Shown here piece by piece: positions 38,049 through 52,458 of a stretch of DNA of 64,000 nt. The stretch is from contig CM119372.1 of the NCBI GenBank assembly GCA_051294905.1, forward strand, positions 2,544,001 to 2,608,000. The letters are read 5' to 3'. The notes beneath the pieces are model-generated. The model worked only from the letters and a program-made list of their open reading frames with translations, had not been told where the DNA came from and did not search any database. Source of the DNA: Botryllus schlosseri (taxonomy: Eukaryota). A program made the position numbers and the translations under genes. How positions within the stretch are numbered: position 1 is the first letter of the stretch; each line of letters begins with the position of its first letter.

Positions 38049-38575
38049 GCAGTGGTTTTAAACTTTATCGAGTTATTTTTTCGTATCTCAATGCACATTG
38101 TTACGCATCGCATTTGTCACACTGTTACGTCCACGTCCTCTCCACATCATTGTCCTGGTGCTGTTAAGAGTGGGCCAGGTTGTATTATTTGGTTGTTTTC
38201 TTACGTCATTGAAGTATACATTTAATATCGAACAGTCGCACAACATGGACCGAGCAGTGAAATATCTCTCGCAGTCTATAGCGATATAGAATATTTCAAA
38301 GACGAAACGAAAAGTACGTAACGCTAAGAGAATATTCCAAGAAAGGTGGACACGTGATTACATTTTTTCATGAATGTGAACATTAAGCCTATTTGCCTGA
38401 TTTGAAATCAACCTGTATAAGAATAAAAGTGACATTACATCAGTAGGCATTCGATTTGAGGGTTTTACTGAGAATTTATAAGACAGTGATTTCTAAAATT
38501 ACAAATTAGCAGTAAACACTCAATTGGCCCGCGCTACCATTTGTAAACAACATGCCATCCTTTGGCAGAATTGCA
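38049..38575 (+). mobile_element. hAT (SPIN/GTF2IRD2-like) relic with a BED-finger N-terminus
   Basis: CAGTGGTTTTAAACT start; about 38305-38455 reads KRKVRNAKRIFQERWTRDYIF..NVNIKPICLI*NQPV...YISRH. Confidence 0.7.
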
Positions 38576-40364
38576 ACTGCGTTGCACTTATGGCGTAAGA
38601 CGAACAAGAGTTGTACCTTTAGTTGTACCTTTAGTTGTATAGAATATATAATATTTCGATACCATACGATTCAGCGAATACTGTGTATTGTATTACGGTG
38701 TATCACAAACATATTGGGTTGAAATAGTACAGTAATTGTTCAAAAGTCGTACTAAACCAGGCAGAAATTGTTGAAGGTATACTTTCGCTTGATAAAAGTA
38801 CTCAACTAGATATATATTAAAGCTAAAAGCTTTTAGTCTGGCATAAAATCATTTATGAAAAGTTAGCACCTCTAGCAACTCTAACTGAAAGCTAAATCAA
38901 TAAAAAGCAATGCTCCAGTACGCCCGTACGCTCTTAAATGAGGTCATTGTCGATTGTTACTGCATGAATAGTCGTCGTTTCACCATAATCACTTGTATAA
39001 AACGAACGAAATAATGTTTACTGTATCATAACCTAGCGATAGGAATGGTGAAGCTGTGTCCGAATACACCGGAGAATTATCCGATTAACGGAAGTTTTGT
39101 CGTGCAATTTTCAATTCTGTTCTATTTTGGTCAGATAAAGCGATTGTCCGGGTTATCCGGTGTCTGAATTGAGCGGATTCGACTGTGTATAGCAGTATGA
39201 TGAAATTCACGAAGTCCCGCTCCGATTGCACAGAACTCAATATTGAGCCAAGGGAAGTTGATAATTATTATTCAAAGACAATTAGCATCGAAAAAGGTTC
39301 AAATCCAAATTATTATATCCCGAAATACCACTGACGTGCCGCGTGACGGGTTGTTATATTCCAATAACGCGTGTAATATCTACCGACTCTATTGCAATAA
39401 ACATTTAGCGCAAATTGCAGGGTGAGGCCGAAACGTGAACGACGTATGTATTTCCATTTCGTATCACTTGTCAGTCCTTCCGCTAAACTGAAGTCTCTTG
39501 GTATAAAAAGTTACTATATAATCAATCTACATATATATATATTTGCATATATTATTTTCAATTCTTACGTGTCATTGTGATAGCGTTTAATGGTTCATTA
39601 TATTACGGAAGTGTACCAACCCTGTTTTACGAAGTCACTATCACTGTGTTTGTATATGCGTGATTGTGCGTATGGATTTTGTCGAGAATAGATGTTGTCT
39701 GAAGCCATTCCTTGTGGAGAAAATGCAATTCTCATCACGAAGGTAGACGTGCAAAGCGTGGAATTAACGTTAATTTCCCTGTTGGATGGAGTCAATGACA
39801 TTTTAAAGATGAAGGCGTCGAATCGTAGGAAATTGTCATTATATGCGCTAATGATACATTAGTAACAGTGCCTGTGTTTTACTCTTACAGTAAGTTGTCT
39901 GGTCTGGTTGCCAGACTGCGAAATCTTTTTTTCATTATGTACAAGATCTTGGAATATGCATTGTACACATTAATCGAAAAATATATATTTACTTTAAACA
40001 TCATTGCCTCATATGACACGTGCCACTACACACATTAAATACTAATCGATCTTTCTAGAGGCAGACGTTGGAGATTCATACTATTGGCATTAACATAATC
40101 TCCTATATTCACAGTAAAACTGGTAAATACCCACATTATACGGGGAGCAACCTGCCCGCAAAGGAAAATGGCGAGATTGGATTAATTTTTTTTAAACTTT
40201 AGTAATACAGTCAAATTGTTATTCCTATGCAATACATGTAGAGAGGTCAGATGACAGAATTGCAGTAGATGAAGAATTGGCGAGGGTTACAGAGCAGAGG
40301 TAGAGATGACTGAAAATGAAGAATCGAATTTACAGAAATTATACTGTGATTCACAAGTGTAATT

Positions 40365-40910
40365 TAGTCTTCCGAAAAATATACACAGTGCCCAATAGCA
40401 TGATCTTCTGGATCATGTCGAATCGAACGTTACCCGGAATCTGTTGGATATGTCTCATGAGTTTTTTTGCTTACGACCCCTGTAGCGCGAATGACTATCG
40501 GTACAATGTTTATTTTGCATCGCCACATTTTCTCACATTCCATTTGAGGTCTGCGTATTTGGATGGCTTTTCTGATTCTTCTTGTTATATGTTGTGATCA
40601 GCTGGGACAGCCAGCTCAATGAATAAGCATTCTCTTTTCTTTTTTAGTTTGATGATCATATCCGGGAGGTTGCTCCTGATTTCGCGGTCCGTTATAACTG
40701 GTACATCCCACAGAATTTTTACTTGGTATTTTTCTGTCACTGGTGCTGGGCTCTAATCGTACCAATCTTTTGTCGAAGTGTTGATGGTAATATGTTTGCA
40801 TAATCCAAGATGAATGTAGTGACCAATTCTATTGTGTCTCCATGTGTATTCGGTAGCTGCAAGTGCATCACAGCCGGACATGAGATGTGCTACAGTTTCA
40901 TTTTGTTTGT
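40365..40910 (-). mobile_element. R4/Dong-like non-LTR retrotransposon fragment (zinc knuckle and restriction-like endonuclease)
   Basis: ETVAHLMSGC...EYTWRHNRIGHYIHLGLC...KILWDVPVITDREIRSNLPDMII...FIELAVP...EKPSKYADL...VPIVIRATG, with stops and a frameshift. Confidence 0.85.
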
Positions 40911-42579
40911 TAATATTATTTTGGTTATTATATTTATTATTGAAATGTTGTGGTTCTGGTAAAAGTAGCCAAAATCTACTCCAGTTCTTGGACAACGTAG
41001 ACGTACGTTGTTGTCGTTTGTGGTACTCGTGGCGTTTGTCAACTGCTATTTTCATTTACACCAGGTCAATTTTGTTCATTTTAAATCCGTAAATTCAGAC
41101 TTGTAGCCAGTCCACTTCTAAGCTTTTATAAGATACAGCGTGCACGGATGAGTTGGCGAGGAGGAGCCGAGATAAACCTTCAACACTTAGGTAGGAATTC
41201 TGAAGTCGACCTCGGTCAGACTCGAACCCGTTACTCATTGGTGTCGCAGCTGTGGTCGTTACTGATAACCTCGAGATCCTTATTAATTATTATTGATAAA
41301 TAATTATTAAAATTATGTCCTGGTGCTTATGATAACGAAGGTCTTTTGCACCACAATCTCATCAATTCCATCAAACACACAAGCTATCTGATAAATTTGT
41401 AGATTCCTATTTTGTTGTGGGGCCTATAAGTAGCCTCCTTGCTGTAATAGCAGTGAACGGCTGATACTCTAATTGGAGGTTGCTAGCTATACTTTTACTT
41501 TTCGTGAATGCCGTTCGAAGCGGCCGGAAAAACAACTATAACGATTTAATTCACCTATACAGAATAGTTCTACAGACCATGAAACCAATCCGGGATGGAA
41601 TATTACGTGAAAAAGCTGTAGGTCACCGCATCTGTCATTTGTTTGAGCGTTTGAAGTCAGTCAGCAACAAGTCTGTATTCAGAAATCAAAAATACTGGGA
41701 AATACAAAACCGTCCGTGTATTTGCCCGATAAAATGCAGCAATTGTCTTTAAAATCCAGAATTCCATCACGAAATATGAGATTGGAATATTCGTTACCTG
41801 TTATTATTAGATCAGCGGAGCGAATAGATAAACACATACCAAGCTATCGATTATCTTGCGTAAACAACTTTTTGCCGTTACTTTCCGTAGCTGAGTCGAA
41901 ACCAAATTTGTTGACATCAGTAGACATTGCCGATTTTTAATCCCTTTTATTAATTTCATCGCATTAATTAATGCAGGACCTCAGATTATCCGCAATATGA
42001 TATATGCAATTTCATCATACCATCCTGATTCGTTTGAACAAAACGAGAGAATATACAATCAGTAAAAAAAGAGCTCTCGTTTTGTCGCGTGTGGGTAGTC
42101 TTCCTAATGTGAGACGGGATGTGTATATATATCCGTACGCGCGATCGCAATGTACACTTATTGATTTGTTACGGCCCAAAAAGGACCGTCATAAAGGGCA
42201 GAACGAATACGGCTGTCTTCTGTTCGAGGGTACATTGTAATATGCTATAACGAACTCATATGAAGTAACGAAAGCTATGTCTCTAATTTCATGTGATTGA
42301 ATTGAAACGAAGACGATAATATAGTATAGCTAATAGCTATATAAATATAGATAAGTGTATGCGTGTGTATATATATGCATTTATGTTTGTATTGATAAGT
42401 TTAGGTATATAATATAGGCCTCATTTCGTATTGGTTCATGCCAATAAAACTATTTGATATATACGATTCGACGTCCTTATTACTCTTACCGAAGTGTCGA
42501 ACAAAGCCTGTGTTGTTATAAGCGCCACTACCACGATAATATCAAGTTGATTGTACAATACACGTCAGGTTGACGAAGC

Positions 42580-42922
42580 CAGGGCTGCAGAGTTGCCCGA
42601 CTCCAACTACTACCCGATATGTTACTAATAAGCCCCGGTGCAGTCACAGAGGTTATTCAGTTTTTCACAAACTTAATTTCGTTCTGCGAGCACAATCTTC
42701 CTTACTCCCAAAAAAATACCCCCTTTGTAAAAAATAATAACTAGAAATATAAAATAAGGGTCATTTTTTTAATAGATTTACAGGAATGTTGTAGTCGGAG
42801 TTCTGTGAAAAAATATCACGAACCGGAGCCGCAGTCCGATTCGGTGTGATTGAAGCTTATGGAGTAGGAGTTGGAGTCAGTGTTGTAGTCGGTGGTAAAT
42901 TTAATCGACTCCACAGCAACGG
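42580..42922. mobile_element. Degenerate MITE with GGAGTC/GACTCC repeats
   Basis: CAGGGCTGCAGAGT start; ...aatcgactccacagcaacgg end; ggagtaggagttggagtc subterminal repeats. Confidence 0.5.
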
Positions 42923-44342
42923 TTGAAACAGACCAAATCGATTGCAAGTTTCTTTAAAATGACAAAAATGTCTCAAATGCACGGCCTCGGAATATTCTAT
43001 TGCGCCCTAAAGAAGGAACGAAAAAGGTGCCGAAACAGGTGACTGAATAATGCAATAGCAACGGAAAACGAAAATCCTCAGGTACATTGAACCATGTCGG
43101 ACTAGGAACTTACCTTTCGAAAACAAGTAATCACTATACAGCAACAGATAAATATGCCAGAAATCCTAGGTTGAAACAGACAGCGGTAGGAATAAAATGT
43201 GCAAATTGTATGTTCGATATCCTACTATAGGACGAAAATTTCTTTTACATCGGTATTTATCAATACTTCAATAATCCGGTGGTCTCGTTTGAAAATTCAA
43301 AGTGTTTGGAAGTAGAGAGCTTAAAAAGTTAGTAATATGGTGGACTAGGCACGATTTTTCGGTAATTCATTCTCTAAAGAGGGGTATTTTTTCATTGGGA
43401 CATATTATGTCTAAATAGTCCGTGTCCTCGCGTGTATAAATATCCAATAAATGTTTTATTATTACACTAATTTCTCTAATACGGCATCTACGAACATTCC
43501 TGAAATATTCACTTTGGAATACCAACGGTTGAATTTAAGAAGTTGTGATCACGCATGACCTAAATTACGTGGTGTGTGAACTTTTCATCTCAAACGTCAA
43601 GTGCATTCCACATACTTCTCAAGTCTACTTTCCGTTTGAACGGAAATCGACTTAAAACGAGGGACCATCATCTTCCGGGTGACTATATTACATATGTCGC
43701 AACTTCTGATTACCTTTTCTGCATCTAGCTGCAACTCTGAGACGTTTGCGGTGTGTTAAGAGGGTAATAATTGTGTAAATTCTGCGTCAATATGATTAAT
43801 AGCTTACAGATTACTTATTCCCCAAGTTCACGCGCATTACGGACAAATTGATCTCAAGTCGTCTTGTCATTACAACAGATGAACACCCGTTTCGCACACT
43901 TTCTTACCGCAAACCGCTGCGAACGTGATGAATTCCGATCAGATAGCATCGGTCCCGATGTACTATGAGACGTTTGCGGCTTTTTCATTCATAAGTATAG
44001 TCTCTCACTGCCTCTGAGAGTGTTTCCGCTTTCACCCTAAATATACGCATAAATATTGTCAATGGATAGTATTACAGTGTGTCTGGCAAACTGGATAACT
44101 ATTCAGCGAAGAATACGAGTACACTGTAAATTGAAAAGGTTGCGAAATGATAAGAGCATTGTGTAATTTTCTCGATCTATTTCCCCCACATATGGTGGAG
44201 GATTCCACCAATTCCAGACGTACATATCTATTGACAATTTAGCTTACATTGAGAATATTTTCTGGTCATTTACAAAATAATAAATTAGCTTGAGTTGCGA
44301 AAGACCTTCGTTGTTATAAGTACGATAACAAGATATTCTTAA

Positions 44343-44852
44343 AGGGGCACTGCGCTCTAAGAATGATGTGGTCTCAAATTGAAGGGCAAAACGAACAAAA
44401 ATTTTTGACCGCAGCCATTTCCTTCATAACGCCGCCGTAATGGAGCAGCAATTTATTGAAATTTCCACAGGACCTTCACGCTCCAGCTGCCGCGGCTGCT
44501 TATCCCGGTACATGGCACGGTGTCTTCATCGTCGCACTTGCTGGACACGATAAGGCCGTCACGTAGAGAACGGAACTAAGACATATTTCCTTCATAACAT
44601 CGGCTGACAACTATCTAAAATTTGTTCTCTGCGTGACTGCCTAATCGCGTCGAGCAAGTGCGACGATGAATACATCGTGCCATGTAACGGTTTAAGCAGC
44701 CGCGGCAGCTGGAGCGTGAAGGTCCTGTGGAAATTTCAATAAATTGCAGCTCCATTACGGTGGCGTTCTGAAGGAAATGGCTGCAGCCAAAAATTTTTGT
44801 TCGTTTTGCCCTTCAATTTGAGACCACATCATATTTAGAGCGCAGTGCCCCT
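44343..44852. mobile_element. Palindromic MITE with TTAA TSD (Kolobok-like)
   Basis: TTAA|AGGGGCACTGCGCTCTAA...TTAGAGCGCAGTGCCCCT|TTAA; about 230-bp near-perfect inverted arms around a spacer of about 50 bp. Confidence 0.88.
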
Positions 44853-45096
44853 TTAATTGATATTATATTGATATTAATTCATAGTGTATAACACAATTAA
44901 CTTGGGTCGATACTGACTTTTTATATTTGACAAATACTTTCAGTTCGGTTAATTATAGTTTTCACCTTACAGAGATAGAGGAAAAGTGATCGGTATAGCG
45001 TTTATGTTTGCCTGGATTTATCTATGCTTGTCGTTTGCATAACACGAAACACTATTTTCACAGAATATCTAATCCGTTTAAACCGAAACCGATTTT

Positions 45097-48000
45097 ATGA
45101 CTATGATGAGACTGTTACTGATCGCGCTGTCGGCCCTGACGCTTTGCAAGGCCTACAACATTTGCGACAATATCTCGCCTCAGAAGGATGTCGACTGGAC
45201 GAAGGTAATACCTTATGATCGTTTAAAATAACATGAGCCCATTTTCTTTGAATGTTTACAATCGGACGAAACAATAAAGACGAATTTTGGTGGTGAAAAA
45301 CAATTATAAACCATTATGTAAAGTACTAACAAGAATCTATGATGTTTGTATTCCCATTATAAACTCGTGTAATATAATAACTTATATTCATGTCTGTCTA
45401 TCTCAATGATATCAGATCCCATCCCTTCCGACATTGTTAGCGTAATATTTTTGTTATCATAGCAGACATGTTTCAGCTATATGCGAGATCTGATAATATG
45501 ACGATTGAAAGTTTAGATGCGGAATTAGCCCATCCCATCCCACCATCACGTAACTCGTTCTTATCGACTCGAGCATCCGGATGTAAACAATAGATCCCTA
45601 TTAACAAGATCATATCCAGGATAACAAGTCGCGAGATCGCGTTGGCGCGCTGCCCTATCGTTTTCGTTTTTGGTTCGGTTTATTTTTGATGACATATACA
45701 TCGACAACAAACAATCTCGTGGCCCTGCATGGAGTCACAGTGATCAAGTTACGCAAGATAAAGAGATACCTGTTAGATCAGGGGTTTCCAACCTTTTTCC
45801 GCCGTGTCCCCTTTAAAAGTATTACAAAATTAATGGCGTGGACGCCCTATATTTTAAATCCTTTTGAAGAAAATGAGATAATCTTAATTTAATTAGTTAC
45901 CACATATTCAGTTAATGTGACTGATGTATTGAAGTAGCTTACCGTTTTATTAGTAATTATAATATAATTTGTTTTGTTTCTTTCGTTATGGTGGACTTAC
46001 TTATGATAAGCTTTTAAAGGTATGTTCACGCACCCCTGAATAAGGCTCTCTGAGGAGCCACGGCTCCTGTTGTAGATGCTGTAGCCTATATAGCGTATAC
46101 GGTAATTATTATGTATAGTTGATGGAAAAGGGCTCCTCCATATATACGAATGGGTCGCATGATAATTTATATGGAATAGTCAAGTCTCCGATTCCCACCT
46201 ATTTCTTCTCTAATCGCCATTAAATTTGTTCGCAGCTTCGAGGATCTTGGTACCACCTCTTGTTTTTCAACGGCTTCGAGCCCACCTGTCGAAACATGCG
46301 CATATCACACGTAAACGTCGAAGAAAAGTTTGTGAACGTGGAGTTTTTCGATATGACCAGGTATGTCGTGTGGGCCTGTACACTACAATACGTAACAAAT
46401 CTAGAAGCGTGTGTCACGCTAATGCGTAGAATTTCAATAACTAAATGACGTGCCTTGACCCTCAGGGAACCCCAAAACTAGCTCACCTAACCCCGATTAA
46501 TAACTACGGATATAAATCATCACGCAGAATGTGCGAATGTTTCATGAATGCGAACAAACATTTACAGTTACGTGTCGTCTCCGAAGTTCGCTCGAAGCAA
46601 CTCGATCTTCTTCCGCTGGATCACGAATCCCGGTATGATCTACACAGGCATCCAACCAAGTAAAAAAAAACTCCCCACGGCATAACCTGCACGCCACTTG
46701 TTCAATATGTTCAAATTCTGTCACAGCTGGTTACGGAAGATCCAAATTCCCTCCGAAATTCTCCCCGAAAAAGAAATCGCTGTCACGGAAACTCTCAGGT
46801 GAGGCAAATATCCCATGATTCAAGCAGCTTTGGCAACTAGATAATTAAACCGAAAGTACCGTAATCTAATTCAAATCTAATTTTTGAAATGTGCCCATGC
46901 TCCCTAAATGGTATTCTGATTTATTAATGGGTTTGCTGAAAATGCCCGGAAACCGTACCGTGCGACACGAGCCAATCACGGTGTGCAGACATTTGCCATT
47001 CTCATTCTTATGGCAAGGAACTACGACTTGATACGAACTGAACTTGAGTTTTGTTACATTTCTATTCAATGAGGATTTTTTCGTCAATTCAGCAATTCCA
47101 ATTCTAATCTAATTCGGAAACATATGTGTTGCCATAATTCTAATTATAATCGAATTTGGTAAAGCCGAAAATGTCTAGTTTTCCAACTCTCGATTCGAGA
47201 ACCATATTTCGACGTCAGCCGGTCGACTTGACGACACGTTTCTCGAGAAAAACGTGATACACTCTTCCCACACAGAACTCAATACTTGTAGTCACGCCCG
47301 CCGCAACACACCTACCGTTTCAAGGAGTCTTTGTAACGTAATTGCTATTTCGCAGCGCGTGTTTCATGTAATAACACGAATTTAGAGATATTAGCATCTC
47401 GTGTTTGATTTATTGCGATTTTAGCGTGCGCGCCATCGAATGTATCTATACGTTCGTGTCGATGCAGATCTCATGTGTAACACACACGTATTGCACGCCC
47501 CATTATAAAGAAGATCTCCGCTATTAGTTAATATCACTACGCTCTCTAATGCATAAGTTGGACAGCTAGAATATTTCCAGCTTTTTCCAAATTAGATTAG
47601 AGTTAGAATTATAACTAAATTTTTCCCAATTAGAGTAGAATCAGAATTAAAACTAGAAAATCATATCAAATCAGAACTCTTTCTCACAAGCATGAGAACG
47701 AGCAAGATTCGCTCGTTTAGCACCGCTGTTGTCCTGTAGTAGTTCCTGGAAAAGCCTGAAATTAAATTGGAATTAAAATAATAGCACAGAAGCATGTCAC
47801 AAGTTAGACTAGGATTAGCTAATATATTTGATTACCGGCATTTCTCTGTAACTACTCTAGTAGGTAACTAGAATTAGTTAGTTGGCCATGTCTGTTTAGT
47901 TAAGGTATATTTTGTGGCAAATGCATGGCTGACTCTTCGTAACTTTTTACAAGATTTCCACCGCATGATTTGCGCAAACGTGGTTATTAGATACCCATGA

Positions 48001-50102
48001 TCGGAACATTATCGGTACCAAGGATTTGCGTTATAACGATACAGCTCGAAGATTAAATAATCGTTACAACGATAGTATCGAGTCGATATGACATTACGAA
48101 AGAATCAGCCATTGAAAAGGGAAAAACCATGAACAATTTCCTTGACCATACAATAGGGAATCAAAAAACTCTCCTGTAACTATTGATATAGTTCTCACAG
48201 CTTGCAGTTGTCTAGATATACAGTCGTTCTAATTTATGTCGTGTCCTAGTGCAGCAACCGCTGTAAATCTCTTTCAATAAATGCTCCGAATTTTTGGAAA
48301 TACGTCTCAAGCTAGCCGCCGTATCTTTTGAATATCGGCTGAATATCACAGGGATACCGGCGAAGATGCTATTATTTATGGGGTTTTCGGTACTGGGCTC
48401 TGGTTAAAACTATGCTAGCATCTGCAAGCCACATCATATAAGCATGGGCTTTGAGAATGGAGCACTATACAATATACATCAAAATGCAATAACCGAAATC
48501 GAAACGGACTTTTATACAATGTAGCTCACGACATTTCCATCGCCGCAAATTAGATATCCAATGGCTTGAAGCGTGACCTTACTTTTTTCTTGCGTTCGAC
48601 TGAATAGTGAATACCGTTGAATCTATTCCAGAAATCACAGCCTCCGCGTACACCGTTCTGGCGACCGACTACGAAAGATACATAATTCTGATACAATGTC
48701 AGAAACAAGGTTGGTTTGGCTGATGATTGCATCGCACATCCCTAGTACGAATATTGCTTTTTCCAGTAAACGAATGAGGTACTGACGCTTCGACATCTAT
48801 GGTCTGGTTAGTTTGGTAACTTTACGCCAGGCAAATATTCTTATTATCAGTAGGCCTACTTCCCAACGTTTCCTGTCCGCGACCCAATTTAAATCAAGCT
48901 ATATTGTACGATCCACTATGACATATGGCCAAACGAATGAAAAACAACTTATTTGGAAACAATAGCAAATTACGGTTAATGCGAAAGTTGAGCTTGCATG
49001 TTAAGTATTATCAGATCAAGGCTTGATTGGCTTGAATTTCATATTCGGTAGGGTTACCTTACCATACGTTCTCCTTTTTCGGGTGTTTGAAAATGTCCAC
49101 CTTTTTGGCAATTCGTCCTCATTTACGGCTTTTAGCCTCTAATTTTGGACGGGTCTGCGCACGCTCACCAACTCACTGCGCAGACCCTTGGAAAACAGTG
49201 CGTTACGACTAAAAAAAGGTCGTCATTTCGGATTTTTTGTGCGCAACTTAGATTTTCTGTGCGCAGAGACCGTCTCAGCACTGCGCATTTGCGCACGTGC
49301 GCTGCTTAGAGGAAACAATGCTTTTAGGGCTGGGAGAATGGCCAGATTTGTCTTGAAAAGGGCATAATTGACACTAAATAGCTTAAACGGACGTTCGAGC
49401 ATGACATTCGGGAATCGATTGAGAGTGACGAGTGGTCACTAAATCCAAGTAAAAAGTGGGGGAAACGGGTTTCGAACTAAAGTGATGACCAATTCCACAA
49501 ATTTCCCAGCAAAAATAGCAGAAATCGGCTGTTTTCAATCTTGATCAAGTAACATTTCTGATTTGATAAAAGTGTCCTCCTTTCCCGATTCCAAAATATA
49601 GTAACCCTAAAACTCGGAAAATATCCGAAAATGCAGCACCTAAAATTAAAGTAGACATACACCTCTACCTATTTTTCATCAATGGATTGGCACTTTAAGT
49701 TCATGGGGGCCGTGGCAAATGTATACCCGACTTTGTCGAGGCTAAAGAACCCCTGAGAATTTGCCGACTTCAATTCAGTTTTCAATTGATCCATTCAGTA
49801 GTCCTCATGCTGAGCATAATCGTGTTTTATAAAAATAGTTGCTTGCAATTACTCCCTGACGAGAGTTGGACGAAAATTTATTTCACAATGCTACGTGAAC
49901 ATCAACTGCGATCACGATCACTGATCCTCACGAGGCTCATAACTCGAATCCTAACTTCTTTTCAGGGCCAAGCATTGGGATTTCCTTCAAATCGCTTGAC
50001 ATCGACGAGGAGATGCAGCTAGAGATCCACCAGATCCTCTTCTCCGTCGGAATCAATGATCACAACGTGAACATCAACGGGACCCAAAATTGCTTGCAAT
50101 GA
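45097..50102 (+). CDS. Secreted lipocalin (apolipoprotein D-like), about 200-210 aa
   Basis: Exons 45097-45204 (MTMMRLLLIALSALTLCKAYNICDNISPQKDVDWTK), 46236-46360 (LRGSWYHLLFF...TCRN), 46568-46632 or 46659, probable 46727-46798, 48608 (or 48632)-48709 (AYTVLATDYERYIILIQC), 49966-50102 (...DEEMQLEIHQILFSVGI...TQNCLQ*). GxW and TDY motifs, four mature Cys, GT-AG introns with the lipocalin phase pattern 0,2,1,...,1. Confidence 0.88.
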
Positions 50103-52458
50103 AATTGCCACAATAATTGATTGAGCAGACATTGTACTGTAATATAAACCCCATCATGCTCGCATTCGCGCTTCAAGAAACATTCAAACTATTTATTCCT
50201 GGAGACATTGAAGTTACGATTTTCCACAGCCATAATATTTATTTCTGAACTAACGTAGATCGGGCATTGCAATTTACAATTTCACCATTTTGAAAGCCAG
50301 GCTATATCGTATCTGATAAGATAATTAGATGTCAGCGTGATATCTAATTATGTTCATATTTTTCCGTGAAAATTAGCGAGACAAGCTGAACAGTGCACAC
50401 CCTTACAATATATATCAATGAACTATAGTTTATCAATCACATGCTTATTGCAAAAAGGTTTTCGATCACAAGTGCTGCGCTGAAGAAGACTCAGATATTC
50501 TTAGGTTGTCGTGTTCAGTTTATTCATAATTTCAACCTTTTTAAAACACCGCAAGACTGCGTTAAGATGAACGAATGGAAAGATGTCGAAAGGAGTTGGA
50601 GTACAGTGTATTAATGAAACACCCACTTTGGCCTAGAGTCGTAGACCGGTATAGCAGTATTGGGATCAAGTCACTACCTTCGAGTCACGAGTCACCTCGA
50701 GTCATTGCACATTTTGACTCGAGTCAAGTCAAGTCAATCGATTTTCGAAGGTGACTTGAGTCAAGTCAAGTCACTCGTTCTTGGAGGTGACTCGAGTCAA
50801 GTCGAGTCAAGTCAAGTCAAGTCACGAGTCAAGTCACAATTCGAGTCAAATTGAATTTTCAAAGTATGAGTGATGATTCAAAGTCATTACATTTTGCTAG
50901 CTGTGTGAATGACAGATTGATTAGTGATATATCTTGAAATAATTAGCGATACTCAAGTTAAACATACGTGCAAAAAGGCGTTGTATCGCTCACGCACGCT
51001 TAGAGCTGCTAATAAAATACGTGAGCCAAAATAGAGGATCGAATACGAAGCGCCGAGAAGTTGAAACAAATTGATATGGTACATTACACTACCCATCCAC
51101 ACATCCGTGAGATTATAAACGCATAAACTATATTTGTTCGACTCACATCATACAAGAGGGTTGGCTAAGGTGGGCACTTCGCGATGGAAGCACTGAGCCG
51201 TCCAACAAACAGAGATACTTTGCTATTAGATTATTCTACAGCTAGTACATAAACGTATAAGCTGTGATCATTTCGTTTTCGGTCAATTTATTTGTGATGT
51301 AGCAATGAAGGATCAGTGAAAAGTACAATCAGTGAATGACTGATTGCTCTCACAAGTCACACCGGCGTATCGCGAACAATCCGAAGTCCGAACATAAAAA
51401 AGATGCAGCGATTTAATCGACACCGTTTACTAGATGACTTGAAATTGACTCGAAATTGACTAAATTTTGCTCCGAGTCACGAGTCAATCCACATTTCTGA
51501 AGCGCCGAGTCAAGTCAAGTCAAGTCATTTTTGCAAAGTGACTCGAGTCAAGTCAAGTCATGCGAAAAAGTTGACTCAAGTCCGACTCGAGTCAATTCAT
51601 GACTCGAGTCATCGCAACACGAAGTATCAGTGACGATTCAAACTCATTACATTTTGCTAGCTGTGTGATAAACAGAATAATTGGCCATTTATCTTGAATA
51701 AAACAACGAATATAAAGTTAAATATGCATGCAAGAAGGCGTTTTATCGCTCACATACACGTAGAACTGCCAATAAAATGTGTGAGTAACAGTGTAGTAGG
51801 CCTATAGCTACTGCTACATGCTACAGTCTGTTATTATCAACCAAGAGGGTTGAATACGAAGACCCGAGAAGTTGAAACAAATTGATATGATCAATACACT
51901 TCCCATCTACACATCTGTGAGACTATAGAGACGCATAAACTATATTCGCTCGATTTTTAAATCATACGAGAGGGTTGGTTAAGGTGATCACTGCAATCAA
52001 TGTAAGCACTGGGCCGCCTTAAGAACAGAGGCGGCTCGTGACAATATCGGGTGGTGGGGCAAGGGCTGCGAGCGACTTTTATCAACATGACGTCACAATG
52101 GCGTTTTCCAACGTAAAAATGTAACTTTATGATGGTCACATGAATTTCCCGACAACAGTGATTTTAACGAACGTAGGTGCCGCGAGAGGTTTGCCGGTGA
52201 GCCGTGACTTGAAGTGTGGTAACAAATGTTTTATTCATTTTTTTTAATCAAAAGATTATTTTACAAAATATACGTGAACTAAGAATCGTCCCGATGCCAC
52301 GAATCAATTATCAGGTCATCCTTAGTAGCATGCGTTATGATTTCATGGTAGAGTTAGAGATTACGCAAATCGATAGGCCCTAATTTTTCTAAGCCCGTCC
52401 GAAAGTGTTTCGTACACGATCCTCGGTGTGTTACGACCACTGAGCTGGTGGTTACGAC

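Noticed and set aside
48767..48810. Lipocalin exon after ttttccag
   Set aside because: It gives an immediate in-frame TGA; exon 49966-50102 supplies the expected helix and final Cys.
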